From: an uncultured Alphaproteobacteria bacterium | GTDB lineage: Bacteria; Pseudomonadota; Alphaproteobacteria; Rhizobiales; Hyphomicrobiaceae | Direction of reading: 5' to 3' | Assembly (NCBI GenBank): GCA_963782555.1 | Contig: CAWAKB010000002.1 | Coordinates: forward strand, 28,308 to 92,307 | DNA length: 64,000 bases | Shown: one piece after another, positions 10,945-23,028 of the stretch | Layout: each line of letters starts with the position of its first letter | Position numbering within the stretch: the stretch's first letter is position 1 | The notes under the pieces: model-generated | Database searches by the model: none | Told to the model about the DNA's origin: nothing | Seen by the model: the letters and a program-made list of their open reading frames with translations, nothing else | Translations under genes and position numbers: made by a program

Positions 10945-12232
10945 ATGCATAGGTCCGATCGTCCACTCTGTGCCGCCGCTGATCCGCCGACGGTAAAGAC
11001 CGAGCCTCCCGGCCCCACACCCGAAGGTGGGCCGGAGCCAGGTCCCTCGGCGAGCGAGGCGGCGGAGACAGGGGCCGGCTCGGATGTGGCGTCTGAGAAG
11101 GAGGACGCGCAGCCGGAAGCCGCGCGTGAGGCAGCCGAGCCAGGCGCCAGCCCGGAGATGGAGTTGGGGCCGGCGGATGTGCAGCCGGCGATCGTGAGCG
11201 AGGAGGCGGCCGCCAGCTCAGACTCTGGAGCCGGTGCAGCCGGGATCGCCAAGCCGGGAAGCGGAGGCCCCCGCCGATACGAACTTGGAGCCGGAGCCGT
11301 CCGAGGCGCTGCTGGAATCGGCAAGCGAGGAAACGGAATCCGTAGCCAGCGCTGACCCTGAGCCCGCGATCGCACCGGCGCAGATTGCCAACTATGAGGT
11401 CGAGCCTGCCGCCGGCGCCGGGACCAGCGCGGGCGTCGATGACGCGCCATTCATTGCCGACCCGGTGCCGACGTCAGCCCAACAGGCGTCCGCGCCGGCT
11501 CATGGCCATCCGCGTCCTCTGCTCGCCGATTGGGACCGAGCACGCGTCAAGTCGCTCGCAGTGCGCGCCGGCAAGGTCGCAGCCATCGTCTTAAGCGCGT
11601 GGTTCGCCGTCGTCCTGGTCCTCATCGCCGTCTACCGCTTCGTCAATCCGCCGTTCTCAACCTTGATGGCGTTGAAGTGGATGGGTGGGACCAGCATTCA
11701 TCAGACGTGGGAGCCGATCGACAAGATCTCGCCCAATCTCGTGCGCGCCGTGATCGCGTCGGAGGACGGTCGCTTCTGCTACCATTGGGGCATCGATTTC
11801 GCCGAGATGGCCGCAGCGATCAAGCGCACGTCGCACGGTGTACCGCGCGGTGCCAGCACCATCACCATGCAGGTGGCCAAGAACCTGTTTCTGCTGCCGG
11901 TCAAAAGCTACCTGCGCAAGATCGTCGAGGTGCCGCTGACCTATGCGATCGAGCTGATGTGGAGCAAGCAGCGTATCATGGAGGTGTACCTGAACATTGC
12001 CGAGTGGGGTCCCGGCGTGTTCGGCGCCGAGGCGGGAGCGCGAGAGCACTTCGACCGGTCGGCGAGCCGCTTGAGCACGCGCCAGGCCGCCCTGCTCGCC
12101 GTGGCGCTGCCCAACCCGCTGCGCCGCGACGCCGGCGATCCGGGCCCCTGGGCCAGACAGCGCGCCACCGTGATCCAGCGGCGTGCGGCTCGCTCGCCCG
12201 AGGAGGCGCGCTGCGTGCTCGGCCCCGACTGA
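10945..12232 (+). CDS. mtgA: Monofunctional peptidoglycan transglycosylase with long acidic N-terminal extension; probable frameshift near 11230
   Basis: VIASEDGRF, RGASTITMQVAKNLFL, RIMEVYLNIAEWG; acidic ORF 10945-11355 continues into 11234-12232. Confidence 0.85.
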
Positions 12233-12449
12233 GGGCCGTCTGCGGGGCCCAGGAGGACCTAGGAAGGGCCCAACCAGGGCCCGGGCAAGCCCCTCTGGCA
12301 CTCCCTTCGGAATGTGAGTATAAGGCGCCCCAAGCTTGCCCCGGCTCGTCATTTCGTGCCGGGGCCTTCATTTGCTCGGCTGAGAGCCGAGTCCCGGTCG
12401 AGCCGCCAGCGGCTTTCAACCTCGCACCAATGCACGGAGTTACAAAGAG

Positions 12450-12635
12450 ATGGCAGTTCCGAGAAAGAAAGTATCGGCGATGAAGCGGGGTATGCGCCGC
12501 TCGCACGATGCGCTCGACGCCCCGACCTATGTCGAGGACAAGGAATTGGGCGAGCGCCGGCGTCCGCACCACATCGATCTCAAGACGGGCAAGTATCGCG
12601 GGCGGCAGATCCTCGAGCCGAAAGCGGACGTCTGA
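12450..12635 (+). CDS. rpmF: 50S ribosomal protein L32
   Basis: [20 protein letters not shown]...[16 protein letters not shown]. Confidence 0.96.
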   Translation: MAVPRKKVSAMKRGMRRSHDALDAPTYVEDKELGERRRPHHIDLKTGKYRGRQILEPKADV

Positions 12636-12753
12636 GGCTCCACGGGCCCGATAACCGCCGCACTTTCGAGCCTTTCTGCGTTGCGGCAGCAAGTTAGCCG
12701 TGGCAAAAGTTCCTTTGGGTGGTCAGCACAGCCGGCTGGAAAGGGAAACGTCT

Positions 12754-13158
12754 ATGTCGCTCAGGTCGATCCCGCTAATCGTGATCTCGTTCATTCTCTA
12801 CAACGTGATCGTCCTGCTGTTCGGGATCGACACCCTCGATAAGAACCTGTTCGAGATCTCAATGCTGAGCGGCGGCATCTGGAAGTTCAACTGGGGCCAC
12901 TTCATTATATTGCTGACCCTGATGTTGCTCTTCATCGAGCTCGTCAAGGCGACCTACACCACGACGTCCTCGCTGGTCGATCACGGCTTGTCGATGGTCG
13001 TGTTCATCGCCTGCCTGGTCGAGTTTCTGCTGACGCCGCAGGCCGCCACCTCGGTGTTCTTCCTGGTCATGGCGGCAACGTTCATCGATGTCGTTGCCGG
13101 CTTCACCATCGGTATCCGGGTGGCCCGTCGCGACCTCGCCATCGGCGCCGACCAGTAG
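12754..13158 (+). CDS. Conserved hypothetical membrane protein (4 TM)
   Basis: Purine-rich SD; FIELVKAT, DHGLSMVVF, DVVAGF pattern. Confidence 0.75.
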   Translation: MSLRSIPLIVISFILYNVIVLLFGIDTLDKNLFEISMLSGGIWKFNWGHFIILLTLMLLFIELVKATYTTTSSLVDHGLSMVVFIACLVEFLLTPQAATSVFFLVMAATFIDVVAGFTIGIRVARRDLAIGADQ

Positions 13159-13259
13159 GCGCGTCGGTACTGCACGCGACGTCGATCGCAGCAGCGCCCG
13201 CGAGAAAACTCAAAAAGCCAAGAGCCCCCGCGTGTGACCGGGGCCTCGCACTCGCGAAT

Positions 13260-13577
13260 TTAGTAATTGCCGTGATCGGGGCGACTGCCGACGTCGTCGG
13301 CGCTGTCGCCGCCGCCCCCGCTGCGATGGCTATAGACCCTATGGCGTCTGTGTCTATGCCTGTGGCGATAGCAGCGCTGGATTCCCAAGCCGCAACTAAT
13401 TTCGGGGCCGGCGACGTAGCCGATAACGCCGCCACCGACGAAGCCGACCGGGCCGGCGACGACAGCCCCCGAAACGGCCCCCACGCCTGCGTCGATGATG
13501 CGGTCCCCCGCTTGGGCGGCAACCGGCGAGAGGGCAACAACAGCGGCGGCGAGAGTAATCTTCCCCAGAGCTTTCAT
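13260..13577 (-). CDS. Small secreted glycine-zipper-like protein with Arg/His-rich tail
   Basis: GGAGG SD, signal peptide ending AQA, GAVSGAVVAGPVG, CGLGIQRC, RHRHRHRRH. Confidence 0.7.
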   Translation of the reverse strand: MKALGKITLAAAVVALSPVAAQAGDRIIDAGVGAVSGAVVAGPVGFVGGGVIGYVAGPEISCGLGIQRCYRHRHRHRRHRVYSHRSGGGGDSADDVGSRPDHGNY

Positions 13578-13907
13578 GGTCGTCGGCCTCCTGATGTGTT
13601 GGGCGACTCGGCTAAGCTCAGCACAAAAGTTGGCTGGAAATTAGGAAGGCTTGCCATCGACTTAGGACACTTGCGAGCTAAGTGGGCGCAAGATCGCGGT
13701 GCCTGAGATGAAATGGCCCGGAGCGGTTGTCCGCAACAGCTGCCCAATTGCGATCATCGCTGAGATCAGCGCGATCAGGCCCCGTCATTCCGCCAATAGG
13801 GGGAGAGCTCGCTTCGATCTGGCTGATCGCGTGCAGGCATCCACCGAGCTGCGCTGGTGGAAGGGCATCGTGCCGCGCAAGGAATTGCGGATGGCAGCGG
13901 CTGCCGT

Positions 13908-14567
13908 CTAGCCTTCGTCTTTCGACAGCTTGTCGATCTTCTGCTGCATGCTGGCGAGCTGGGCCTTGAGATCGCTGATGTCGTTGGTGTCCGACTTGAC
14001 GGATGGCGTGGCCGTCTTCTCCCCCGCCGGCGCACCTTTGCCCGCAGCGTTCGCTTCCCCTTCGCGCTTGGGACCGCCCGGCATGCCCGTGAAGGGGCTC
14101 CACATCGACAGCGCCTGCTCGAACATGGCCATGTTCTTGCGCGCCTGATCCTGGTAGGCCTCGAAAGCGGCCGCCGGATTGGAGAAGGCGTTGGCGAACA
14201 GCGCCCGGAACTTCTCTTGCTCCTTGGCGAGGTTCTCGAGGCTGAACTGGAGATAGCCTGGAACCATGCGCCCGATGCTGTCGTCGTAAAAACGAATGAG
14301 CTGGCGCAGGAAGGGAACCGGCAGCAGCGTCTGGCCGCCTACCCGGTTTTCCTGCTCGACGATGATTTGCGTAAGCACCGAGTGGGTCAGGTCGTCGCCG
14401 GTCTTGGCGTCGTAGACGACGAAGTCCCGGTCTGAGCGCACCATCGTTGCCAGGTCGTCGAGCGTCACGTAGGTGCTGGTCTCGGTGTTATAGAGCCGGC
14501 GGTTGGCATATTTCTTTATGACAACCGCTTCTTTCTTCTCGCTGGGCGCGTCAGTCTTGTTGAGCAT
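13908..14567 (-). CDS. phaR: Polyhydroxyalkanoate synthesis repressor
   Basis: IKKYANRRLYNTETSTYVTL, DLTHSVLTQII; divergent from phaA. Confidence 0.95.
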   Translation of the reverse strand: MLNKTDAPSEKKEAVVIKKYANRRLYNTETSTYVTLDDLATMVRSDRDFVVYDAKTGDDLTHSVLTQIIVEQENRVGGQTLLPVPFLRQLIRFYDDSIGRMVPGYLQFSLENLAKEQEKFRALFANAFSNPAAAFEAYQDQARKNMAMFEQALSMWSPFTGMPGGPKREGEANAAGKGAPAGEKTATPSVKSDTNDISDLKAQLASMQQKIDKLSKDEG

Positions 14568-14590
14568 TTGCGGGGCCGCTACGGCAGTTG

Positions 14591-14600
14591 TTGCGCTGCA
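14591..14600. promoter_or_regulatory. Possible PhaR operator (TGC-N3-GCA)
   Basis: TTGCGCTGCA in the phaR-phaA divergent region; short motif. Confidence 0.3.
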
Positions 14601-14797
14601 TCAGAGTAACACACCGGGCGCCGGGGGGGCCAGCCGTTTATGTTGACCTGACCGGCCAGATGTCGCAATTGCAGGCGGGAAGGCCGTGCTGCTATCGTGC
14701 CCGCAATCTGGGGCGAGCCGGCCCCGGCCGCTGCCAGCCCCGCATTCGGCCTGGTAATCCTAATACGACCTAAAACCCGCCCGAGGAGACGCCACAG

Positions 14798-15984
<1,187 letters not shown>

Positions 15985-16087
15985 CGCGCGCTCGCGGAGA
16001 TCGGCTTGGCGCCCGCACTTGGCCGCCATCGCTTTTGGTCGTCCAATCAATCACCCAAACAAAAGACAAATCTGAGGGAGGATTATC

Positions 16088-16816
16088 ATGGCCCGTGTCG
16101 CGCTGGTGACGGGGGGAACGCGTGGCATCGGCCATGCCATCTCGATCGCCTTGAAGAACCGGGGCTATCGCGTCGCCGCCAACTACGCCGGCAACGACGC
16201 CGCCGCGCAGCAGTTCCAGGTCGAGACCGGCATCCCGGTGTTCAAGTGGGACGTGGGCGATTACACCGCCTGTGAGACGGGCGTGGCGCAGGTCGTCAAG
16301 GACCTCGGCCCGATCGACGTTCTGGTCAACAATGCTGGCATCACGCGCGACGCCATGCTCCACCGCATGACGAAGGAGCAGTGGGATCAGGTCATCCGCA
16401 CCGATCTCGATTCCGTCTTCAATATGTGCCGTCAGGTGATCGAGAGCATGCGCTCCAGAGGCTTCGGGCGCATCGTCAACGTCTCCTCGATCAATGGTCG
16501 CAAGGGGCAGATGGGCCAGACCAACTACTCCGCCGCCAAGGCCGGCATTCACGGCTTCACCAAGGCGCTGGCCTACGAGGGCGCCGCCAAGGGCATCACC
16601 GTCAACACCTTGGCGCCGGGCTACATCGCCACCGAGATGGTTCGCGCCGTGCCCAAGGAGGTGCTGGACACGAAGATCATCCCGCAGATTCCGGTGGGCC
16701 GTTTGGGCGAGGCGGATGAGATCGCGCGGGCGGTGGTGTTCCTCGCCGCCGACGAGGCGGGCTTCGTGACCGGCGCCTGCCTCGATGTCAACGGCGGCCA
16801 CTATATGCCGACGTGA
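16088..16816 (+). CDS. phaB: Acetoacetyl-CoA reductase
   Basis: TGGTRGIG, NNAGITRD, GQTNYSAAKAG; follows phaA. Confidence 0.95.
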   Translation: MARVALVTGGTRGIGHAISIALKNRGYRVAANYAGNDAAAQQFQVETGIPVFKWDVGDYTACETGVAQVVKDLGPIDVLVNNAGITRDAMLHRMTKEQWDQVIRTDLDSVFNMCRQVIESMRSRGFGRIVNVSSINGRKGQMGQTNYSAAKAGIHGFTKALAYEGAAKGITVNTLAPGYIATEMVRAVPKEVLDTKIIPQIPVGRLGEADEIARAVVFLAADEAGFVTGACLDVNGGHYMPT

Positions 16817-16902
16817 CATGGCGGATTGTCAGGCTGCCATGGCCGCTTTGCGCGTGGGCATGGCGATTTGAACGGGGTTGATTGCACCAGGCGGGATGCG
16901 GG

Positions 16903-18714
16903 TTATCCCCGCAGCCGCGTCCTGATAATGCGCGGGAACTCATCGGTCCCGAGGCCATGCTCGGGCGCCTGCTGACGGTCATCGCCCAGGCTCCACCAAC
17001 GTTCCGCCCGCAGCTCCGTATCGATGTGACCCGGGGCGGGCCCACTCGGCGGGGCAGACTGCTGCGGCTGCGCCGCGGCCGGTTGAGGGGCAGAGCCATA
17101 GGCCGTGGTAGGAGCGCGCTGGGGTGCAGCCGGCGCTGCGAACCACGCCTCGATGAGATCAAGCTCGTCGGCCGACAGGTTGAGGCCCTGGCTGCGGCAG
17201 CGGGCAACGACGAAGTTGCGGAAGCGGCTCGCAAACAGGCTCGCGGACACGCCTTGCGTGAACCAGGGATCGCCCTCGCCTACGACGTCGAGCACGAAAC
17301 GCACGTCGTCGCGGCGAATGTCGAGGCCCATCTCCTGGGCGCGTTTGATGATATTGGCGAGCGTCTGGGCACCGGCCGGACCATTGGTGCCGATCTCCTG
17401 CGCCATGACGTCGAACAGCGTGCGGTAGTCCGGCGGCGACAGAGTCGGCGCCTGGCTCGCCTCGTGAATGCGGGCGATGGATTGCTGGATCAACGTCGCG
17501 CCTTCGCCCGAGCGCGGGGCATAAGGCTGCGGATGAGGTAGCCCCGGCTGGCCCGAGAGGGCTTCGGACTGGGCCGGGGCCAGCGGACCGCGCGGCGCCT
17601 GGGCGGGGGGCCCGGAAGTTGGTCCGGCGGTTCGCTGAGCTTGTTGGATCGCGCCGAGAAGCGGCGGCAGCGTGCGTTGATACGACTGAGTATTGGCCGG
17701 CTCGGGAGCGCGCTGTGGCTCGGCTCGGCGCGTCTCGATACGGCGAGGCTCGTTCGGCTGCTGCTGCTGCACCGCTCGGGTTGCGTCATAGACGCAGTAA
17801 GGTGGCTGACTGCTGAGACGGATCTCCTCGGGCAAACCCTTGGAGAGCAGGTCACGGAACGAGCCGATGCCGCCCCATCCCGAGCCGACCGTCTTGTCGT
17901 AGCCGAGGTTGCGCACGGCGCGGTCGGCCAATGCTTCGAGCGGAACTGGTTGGTCGGCCGCACGAACGGCGGCGACGACCTCTCTCAAAATCTCCTTGCG
18001 CAGCGTCTCGATGTTGGCTGCGCTCGGCAGCGACGCCATCTCGCTACGGTGGTCCTCGATCGCCGTCTCGCCGGGCACCTGATTCTCGAGCAAGAGCGCC
18101 AAGAAGTCGGACTCACGGATCTCCGCGTCGCAGATCGCCGTATAAGGCGCGGCGGTATTGTCGTTGGAGTAGATCACGGTGCGGCGCGCGTGCGAGCGCA
18201 GCCGGTGCAGAACCGGCGTGAAATCAGCATCGCCCGAGAGAATGACGAACTCGTCGAAATAGGTGTCGTGCGTGAGGATGTCGCGAACATCCATCACCAT
18301 GCGAATGTCGGCGGAGTTCTTGAGCTGGGCCGTGAGCGGCGGGCAATCGATCACTTCGAACCCGGCGCGCAAGAAGTGATGGCGCACGAACGGGAACGAG
18401 CTCATGTCGGTGGAGTTGTCGTTCTGGTTGCGCCGCGGAACGGGATTACCGTAGCAGCGGTTGATGACGATGCGGCGTGGACCGGGAACGGTAGGACCGT
18501 TGGTCGACGTCATGAGCCGGCCGGATTCAATCTCCTTGATCCAGCGGCTTGCGTCCTTCGAGAAGCGCTTGGCGGCCTCCTCGCTCTTTCGCTTGAGCGA
18601 AAGATAGACGTTGTCGTAGTCGACGAAAACAGTCGTTAGCATCGGCCCTTGTGACTCGCGCTTCATAACCGGCAACCCCCCGCTAGCCGTCTTCCAAGGT
18701 GAACTCAGGCGCAC
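16903..18714 (-). CDS. NYN (LabA/DUF88-like) domain protein with Pro/Gln-rich linker; start uncertain
   Basis: VFVDYDN, KNSADIRMVMD, ILSGDADFTPV. Confidence 0.85.
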   Translation of the reverse strand: MRLSSPWKTASGGLPVMKRESQGPMLTTVFVDYDNVYLSLKRKSEEAAKRFSKDASRWIKEIESGRLMTSTNGPTVPGPRRIVINRCYGNPVPRRNQNDNSTDMSSFPFVRHHFLRAGFEVIDCPPLTAQLKNSADIRMVMDVRDILTHDTYFDEFVILSGDADFTPVLHRLRSHARRTVIYSNDNTAAPYTAICDAEIRESDFLALLLENQVPGETAIEDHRSEMASLPSAANIETLRKEILREVVAAVRAADQPVPLEALADRAVRNLGYDKTVGSGWGGIGSFRDLLSKGLPEEIRLSSQPPYCVYDATRAVQQQQPNEPRRIETRRAEPQRAPEPANTQSYQRTLPPLLGAIQQAQRTAGPTSGPPAQAPRGPLAPAQSEALSGQPGLPHPQPYAPRSGEGATLIQQSIARIHEASQAPTLSPPDYRTLFDVMAQEIGTNGPAGAQTLANIIKRAQEMGLDIRRDDVRFVLDVVGEGDPWFTQGVSASLFASRFRNFVVARCRSQGLNLSADELDLIEAWFAAPAAPQRAPTTAYGSAPQPAAAQPQQSAPPSGPAPGHIDTELRAERWWSLGDDRQQAPEHGLGTDEFPRIIRTRLRG

Positions 18715-18875
18715 TCTTTGGTGAGTCGGCTAGGGGCGGCAAGCGCGGCCTCGCCGCGGCGCGCGCGAATGCACGAAAATGCTTGTTTATCTGTTAATTA
18801 GTGGGGTGCTCGGGCTGCCGTTAGTGGTGGAAAAGTCAATGTTGAGCCTCCCAAGCCACATTTTGCTCTTTGTGG

Positions 18876-19317
18876 CTACTCGGCGGACGGCTCGAATCCA
18901 TCTGGTGCCAACTCAAATCCCTCGAATAGGAATCCGGGCGCGACGGTGCAACCGACGAGCGTCCAATCTCCGAGACTTCGCGCGGACTGCCAATGATGCG
19001 CGGGCACCACGGCCTGCGGCCGCTCTCCCGATTGGAGGTCTTGGCCGAGGCGAACTTGGGAGGCGGAGCCTTGCGGAGGGGCGAGCAAGAGCTCAAGCGG
19101 CGCGCCAGCGTACCAGTGCCACAGCTCTGCGGCGTCGACGCGGTGCCAGCGCGAGACCTCGCCTGCGGCGAGAAGGAAGTAGATGGCAGTCGAGACGGCG
19201 CGCCCGTCGCGATGAGCCGCATCGCGGAAGGTCTCGCGAAAATGGCCGCCTTCGGGGTGGGGCTCCAGCTTCAGCATCCCGATGAGGTCTGCGGCGCTCA
19301 GGGGGGGGGGAAGGCAT
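18876..19317 (-). CDS. Cupin_5 (DUF985) family protein; +1 shift in G10 tract 19301-19310
   Basis: LEPHPEGGHFRET, STAIYFLL, WHWYAG, VGCTVAPGF; ATG overlaps gloB stop. Confidence 0.88.
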
Positions 19318-20087
19318 CAGGCTTTGTTCTTGCGCTCGCGGATCTCGGCGAAGACCTTCCAGTCGGGCGCGAAGGGCATGCCGAGCCGGGCTCGGATCGC
19401 AGTTACGTTTGGCCTCAAGAACGGGTTGGTCTCCAGCTCGCGATCGAGACGCGTCGGTAGCGTCGGCTGACCCTTGGCGCGCAGCTGATCGACCTCCTTG
19501 GCTCGGTTCTGCAGTGCCAGGTTGTCGGGGTCCACGGTCAGCGCGAACTGCGCGTTGGCCGCGGTGTACTCGTGACCGCAGTAGATCTCGGTGTCGGGCG
19601 GCAGCTCCATGAGCTTCTTGAGCGAGTTCCACATCATCTCCGCGTTGCCCTCGAAGATGCGTCCCGCCCCCATGGCAAACAGCGTATCGCCGACGAAGAC
19701 GGCACGCGCCTCGGGGATCCAGTAGGCGATGTGGCCGACCGTATGGCCGGGCGTGTCGAGGACGCGGATATCGAAGTGGCCGAACGTGATGAAGTCACCC
19801 TCTCCAACCGCGCGATCGATGCCGGGAATGCGCTCCGCCTCCCCATTGGGGCCGAAGATCGTGCAGCCGGTGACCTCCTTGAGCTTGAGGTTGCCCCCGG
19901 TGTGGTCGCCGTGGTGGTGCGTTACGAGCAAGTGGGTGAGCCGCCAGCCCTTGGCGGACAGGCGCCGCAAAATGGCGTCGGCGTCAGGCGCGTCGATCGA
20001 AGCCGTCACGCCCGCCTCTGCGTCGTGTATCAGCACAGCATAGTTATCGGAAAGACAGGGAAATTGCTCAATATCGAGCTTCGGCAT
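19317..20087 (-). CDS. gloB: Hydroxyacylglutathione hydrolase
   Basis: DNYAVL, THHHGDHTGG, TPGHT, GDTLF, YCGHEYT. Confidence 0.94.
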   Translation of the reverse strand: MPKLDIEQFPCLSDNYAVLIHDAEAGVTASIDAPDADAILRRLSAKGWRLTHLLVTHHHGDHTGGNLKLKEVTGCTIFGPNGEAERIPGIDRAVGEGDFITFGHFDIRVLDTPGHTVGHIAYWIPEARAVFVGDTLFAMGAGRIFEGNAEMMWNSLKKLMELPPDTEIYCGHEYTAANAQFALTVDPDNLALQNRAKEVDQLRAKGQPTLPTRLDRELETNPFLRPNVTAIRARLGMPFAPDWKVFAEIRERKNKA

Positions 20088-20300
20088 GCGACGCGGGCTC
20101 TCTTTCTCGATGGTGATCTCGGACGGGGACCCTAGAGCAGGATCGCAGCCGATGGAACAGCCCCTGAGGCAGATCCCCCGCGCGCGGCGGCGTGCCGTGC
20201 GAGGCTCGGCACTTACTGTGTCACGAGGTGACGCGGGAACGGCTTGAATTGCGCTCCGATCCGGTCAGACTGGCGCGCAAAACGCGAGGTCCTCTGCCCC

Positions 20301-21074
20301 ATGCAGCTCGACGTCGGCGACCTCAAGACGTTCTACGCGACTGCGCTCGGGCAGACCGTGCGCCGACTGCTGACGCACCGCGTCCGTGCGCGCTGGCGCG
20401 GCTTGGGCGGCGCGACGCTGATCGGGCTCGGCTACGCCTCACCCTACCTCGGCGCCTTTCGCGGCGAGGCACGCCGCATCGGTGCGCTCATGCCCGAGAG
20501 CCAGGGCGTGCTTGTCTGGCCCAAGAATGCGCCGACGCTGTCGGCCCTCGTGCAGGAGGATCGGCTGCCGCTCGCCGACGGCTCTGTCGACCGGCTGCTG
20601 GCGGTGCACTGCCTGGAGATGGCCGAGCGTGCGCGCCCGCTGTTGCGCGAGATCTGGCGTGTGCTGTCGCCGGAAGGGCGTCTCATGCTGATCGTACCAA
20701 ACCGGCGCGGCGTGTGGGCGCGGCTCGACAACACGCCGTTCGGTCAGGGCCGTCCCTATAGCCGCCGTCAGCTCGAGGCCCTCCTCGTCGAGGCGATGTT
20801 CACGCCGCTCGACTGGGGGGCAGCGCTGTTCATGCCTCCCGTGGGGCGGCGCGTGCTTCTGCGCTCGGCGACCGCCTGGGAGCGGCTGGGGGCGATGGTG
20901 TCGCCGGCCTTCTCCGGCGTGGTCATCGCGGAGGCGCGCAAGGAGCTGGTGGCGCCGATCGGCAAGCCGGCGAAGGCGCGCCCCTTGCGCGGGCTGGTGG
21001 CGGCCGGCACTCGCGCGAACTCGCGCTCCCTCTCCTCGTGCAAGAGGACTTCAGACGGAAAAATTGAGCGTTAG
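20301..21074 (+). CDS. Class I SAM-dependent methyltransferase (gloB-divergent family)
   Basis: LKTFYATALG, GLGYASPYL, LPLADGSVD, PNRRGVWAR, PFGQGRPY. Confidence 0.88.
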   Translation: MQLDVGDLKTFYATALGQTVRRLLTHRVRARWRGLGGATLIGLGYASPYLGAFRGEARRIGALMPESQGVLVWPKNAPTLSALVQEDRLPLADGSVDRLLAVHCLEMAERARPLLREIWRVLSPEGRLMLIVPNRRGVWARLDNTPFGQGRPYSRRQLEALLVEAMFTPLDWGAALFMPPVGRRVLLRSATAWERLGAMVSPAFSGVVIAEARKELVAPIGKPAKARPLRGLVAAGTRANSRSLSSCKRTSDGKIER

Positions 21075-21754
21075 ATGCCGTGGTGCTTGCGCAGCAGGAA
21101 CACGGCCTTCTCGCCAAGCAAGTTCTGCAGCGAGATCGAGTGGCGGATCGGCAGCCGGCGGCCCGAGGTGTTGAAGGCGACGGCCTCCTCCACCTCCGCG
21201 TCGACAAGGGCGACGAGGTCGGCGAAGTCTTTGATCGTGCACAAATGCGCGTCGGGGCTCGCGTACCACGGCTCGGGCAGGTTCTGCGTCTGCGGCATGC
21301 GGCCGGTCAGCAGCAGCTCCATGCGGATGCGCCAATGCCCGAAGTTGGGGAACGAGACGATGGCGCGCCGGCCGATGCGCAAGAGATTCTCCAACACGAC
21401 CTTGGGGTAGCGCGTCGCCTGGATGGTAAGGCTTAGAATTGCGTAGTCGAAGGCGCCGTCGGGATAATCGTCGAGGTCGCGGTCGGCGTCGCCCTGAATG
21501 ACGGAGAGCCCGCGCGTCACGCAGGCGTTGACGCGGTCGCGCTCCAGCTCCACGCCGCGCCCGTCGGTGGCCTTGGTCTCGGCCAGCAGCTGCAACAGCG
21601 CGCCGTCGCCACAGCCGACGTCGAGCACGCGCGCGCCCGTCTCCACCATCTCCGCAATGAGGAGGTGGTCGACGCGGTGCGGTCCATGGGACGGTGTGTC
21701 GATCTTGAGCATCTGGCGCCTATACCTTGAGACCGCGCTTGACGCCGGCTGCAT
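21071..21754 (-). CDS. metW: Methionine biosynthesis protein MetW
   Basis: [26 protein letters not shown]; downstream of metX. Confidence 0.93.
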   Translation of the reverse strand: MQPASSAVSRYRRQMLKIDTPSHGPHRVDHLLIAEMVETGARVLDVGCGDGALLQLLAETKATDGRGVELERDRVNACVTRGLSVIQGDADRDLDDYPDGAFDYAILSLTIQATRYPKVVLENLLRIGRRAIVSFPNFGHWRIRMELLLTGRMPQTQNLPEPWYASPDAHLCTIKDFADLVALVDAEVEEAVAFNTSGRRLPIRHSISLQNLLGEKAVFLLRKHHGI

Positions 21755-22928
21755 TCAAAAAGCCGCGGATAGTGGCGAAGAACTCCGGCTCCTCCAGAAG
21801 GAAGGAGTCGTGGCCGTTGTTTGACTCGATCTCCACGAACGAGACGTTGGCGGCGACCGCGTTCAAGGCCTGCACGATCTCGCGGCTCTCGCGCGTGGGG
21901 TAGAGCCAGTCCGAGGTGAAGGAGACGACGCAGAAGCGTGTCTTGTTGCCGCGAAAGGCGTTGGCGAGCACGTCGCCGTGCTCGGCGCCGAGGTCGAAGT
22001 AGTCCATCGCGCGCGTGATGTAGAGATAGCTGTTGGCGTCGAAGCGGTCGACGAAGGTGGAGCCCTGGTGGCGCAGGTAGCTCTCCACCTGGAAGTCGGC
22101 GTTGAAGGAGAAGGTGAGCTTGGAGCGCTCCTGCAGGTTGCGGCCGAACTTGCGGTGCAGCGCGTCCTCCGACAGGTAGGTGATGTGGGCGGCCATGCGC
22201 GCCACCGCGAGCCCGTTGCGCGGCACCTTGCCGTGCGCGTGGTAATCGCCCCCGCACCACTCGGGGTCGGCCATCACCGCCTGGCGGCCCACCTCGTGGA
22301 AGGCGATGTTCTGCGAGGAATGCCACGCCGCGGTAGCGATAGGGACGGCGCAAAACACGCGGTTTGTGTGGCTCGAGGCCCATTCGAGCACCTGCATGCC
22401 GCCCATCGAGCCGCCGATGACGCAGAAGATCTGATCGATGCCGAGATGGTCGATCAAGCGCAGCTGCGCATTCACCATGTCGGAGATGGTGATGACCGGG
22501 AAATGGAGCCCGTAGGGCTTGCCCGTTCTGGGATCGATGGAGGCCGGTCCCGTCGAGCCCATGCAGCCGCCGAGGATGTTGGGGCAGATGACGAAGAACC
22601 GGTTGGTGTCGATCGGCTTGCCGGGGCCGACGAGCGTCTCCCACCAGCCGGGCTTTTTCGTCACCGGATGCTCGCTCGCGACATACTGATCCATGGTCAA
22701 CGCATGGCAGATCAGGACGGCGTTCGATTTGTCCGCGTTGAGCTCGCCGTAGGTCTCGTAGGCGATGGCGATGGGCGCGAGCAGCTGGTCGCAGGCAAGC
22801 CGCAGCGGCTCGCTCTCAGGCAAGCGCAGCAGCTTGCTCGAGGGTGCATTGGCCTCGGCAAGGCGCGCGTTATGCCCCGCGTCGGCTATCGCGCCGCCGT
22901 CACCCGCTACTGTCGGAGAGACTGGCAT
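21720..22928 (-). CDS. metX: Homoserine O-acetyltransferase
   Basis: [39 protein letters not shown]. Confidence 0.95.
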   Translation of the reverse strand: MPVSPTVAGDGGAIADAGHNARLAEANAPSSKLLRLPESEPLRLACDQLLAPIAIAYETYGELNADKSNAVLICHALTMDQYVASEHPVTKKPGWWETLVGPGKPIDTNRFFVICPNILGGCMGSTGPASIDPRTGKPYGLHFPVITISDMVNAQLRLIDHLGIDQIFCVIGGSMGGMQVLEWASSHTNRVFCAVPIATAAWHSSQNIAFHEVGRQAVMADPEWCGGDYHAHGKVPRNGLAVARMAAHITYLSEDALHRKFGRNLQERSKLTFSFNADFQVESYLRHQGSTFVDRFDANSYLYITRAMDYFDLGAEHGDVLANAFRGNKTRFCVVSFTSDWLYPTRESREIVQALNAVAANVSFVEIESNNGHDSFLLEEPEFFATIRGFLNAAGVKRGLKV

Positions 22929-22973
22929 CGTCTGTGCGCGCTCCCTGCCCGCGCGTCATGCGCAGGTGCCAAC

Positions 22974-23023
22974 AAAAAACCCGGCCGGATTGGGCCTTCA
23001 AGGCCGCCATCCGCTAACCGGGT
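22974..23023 (-). terminator. Intrinsic terminator-like hairpin in the metX leader
   Basis: Minus strand ACCCGG...CGGAT...ATCCG...CCGGGT followed by a U-run. Confidence 0.6.
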
Positions 23024-23028
23024 GCGTG

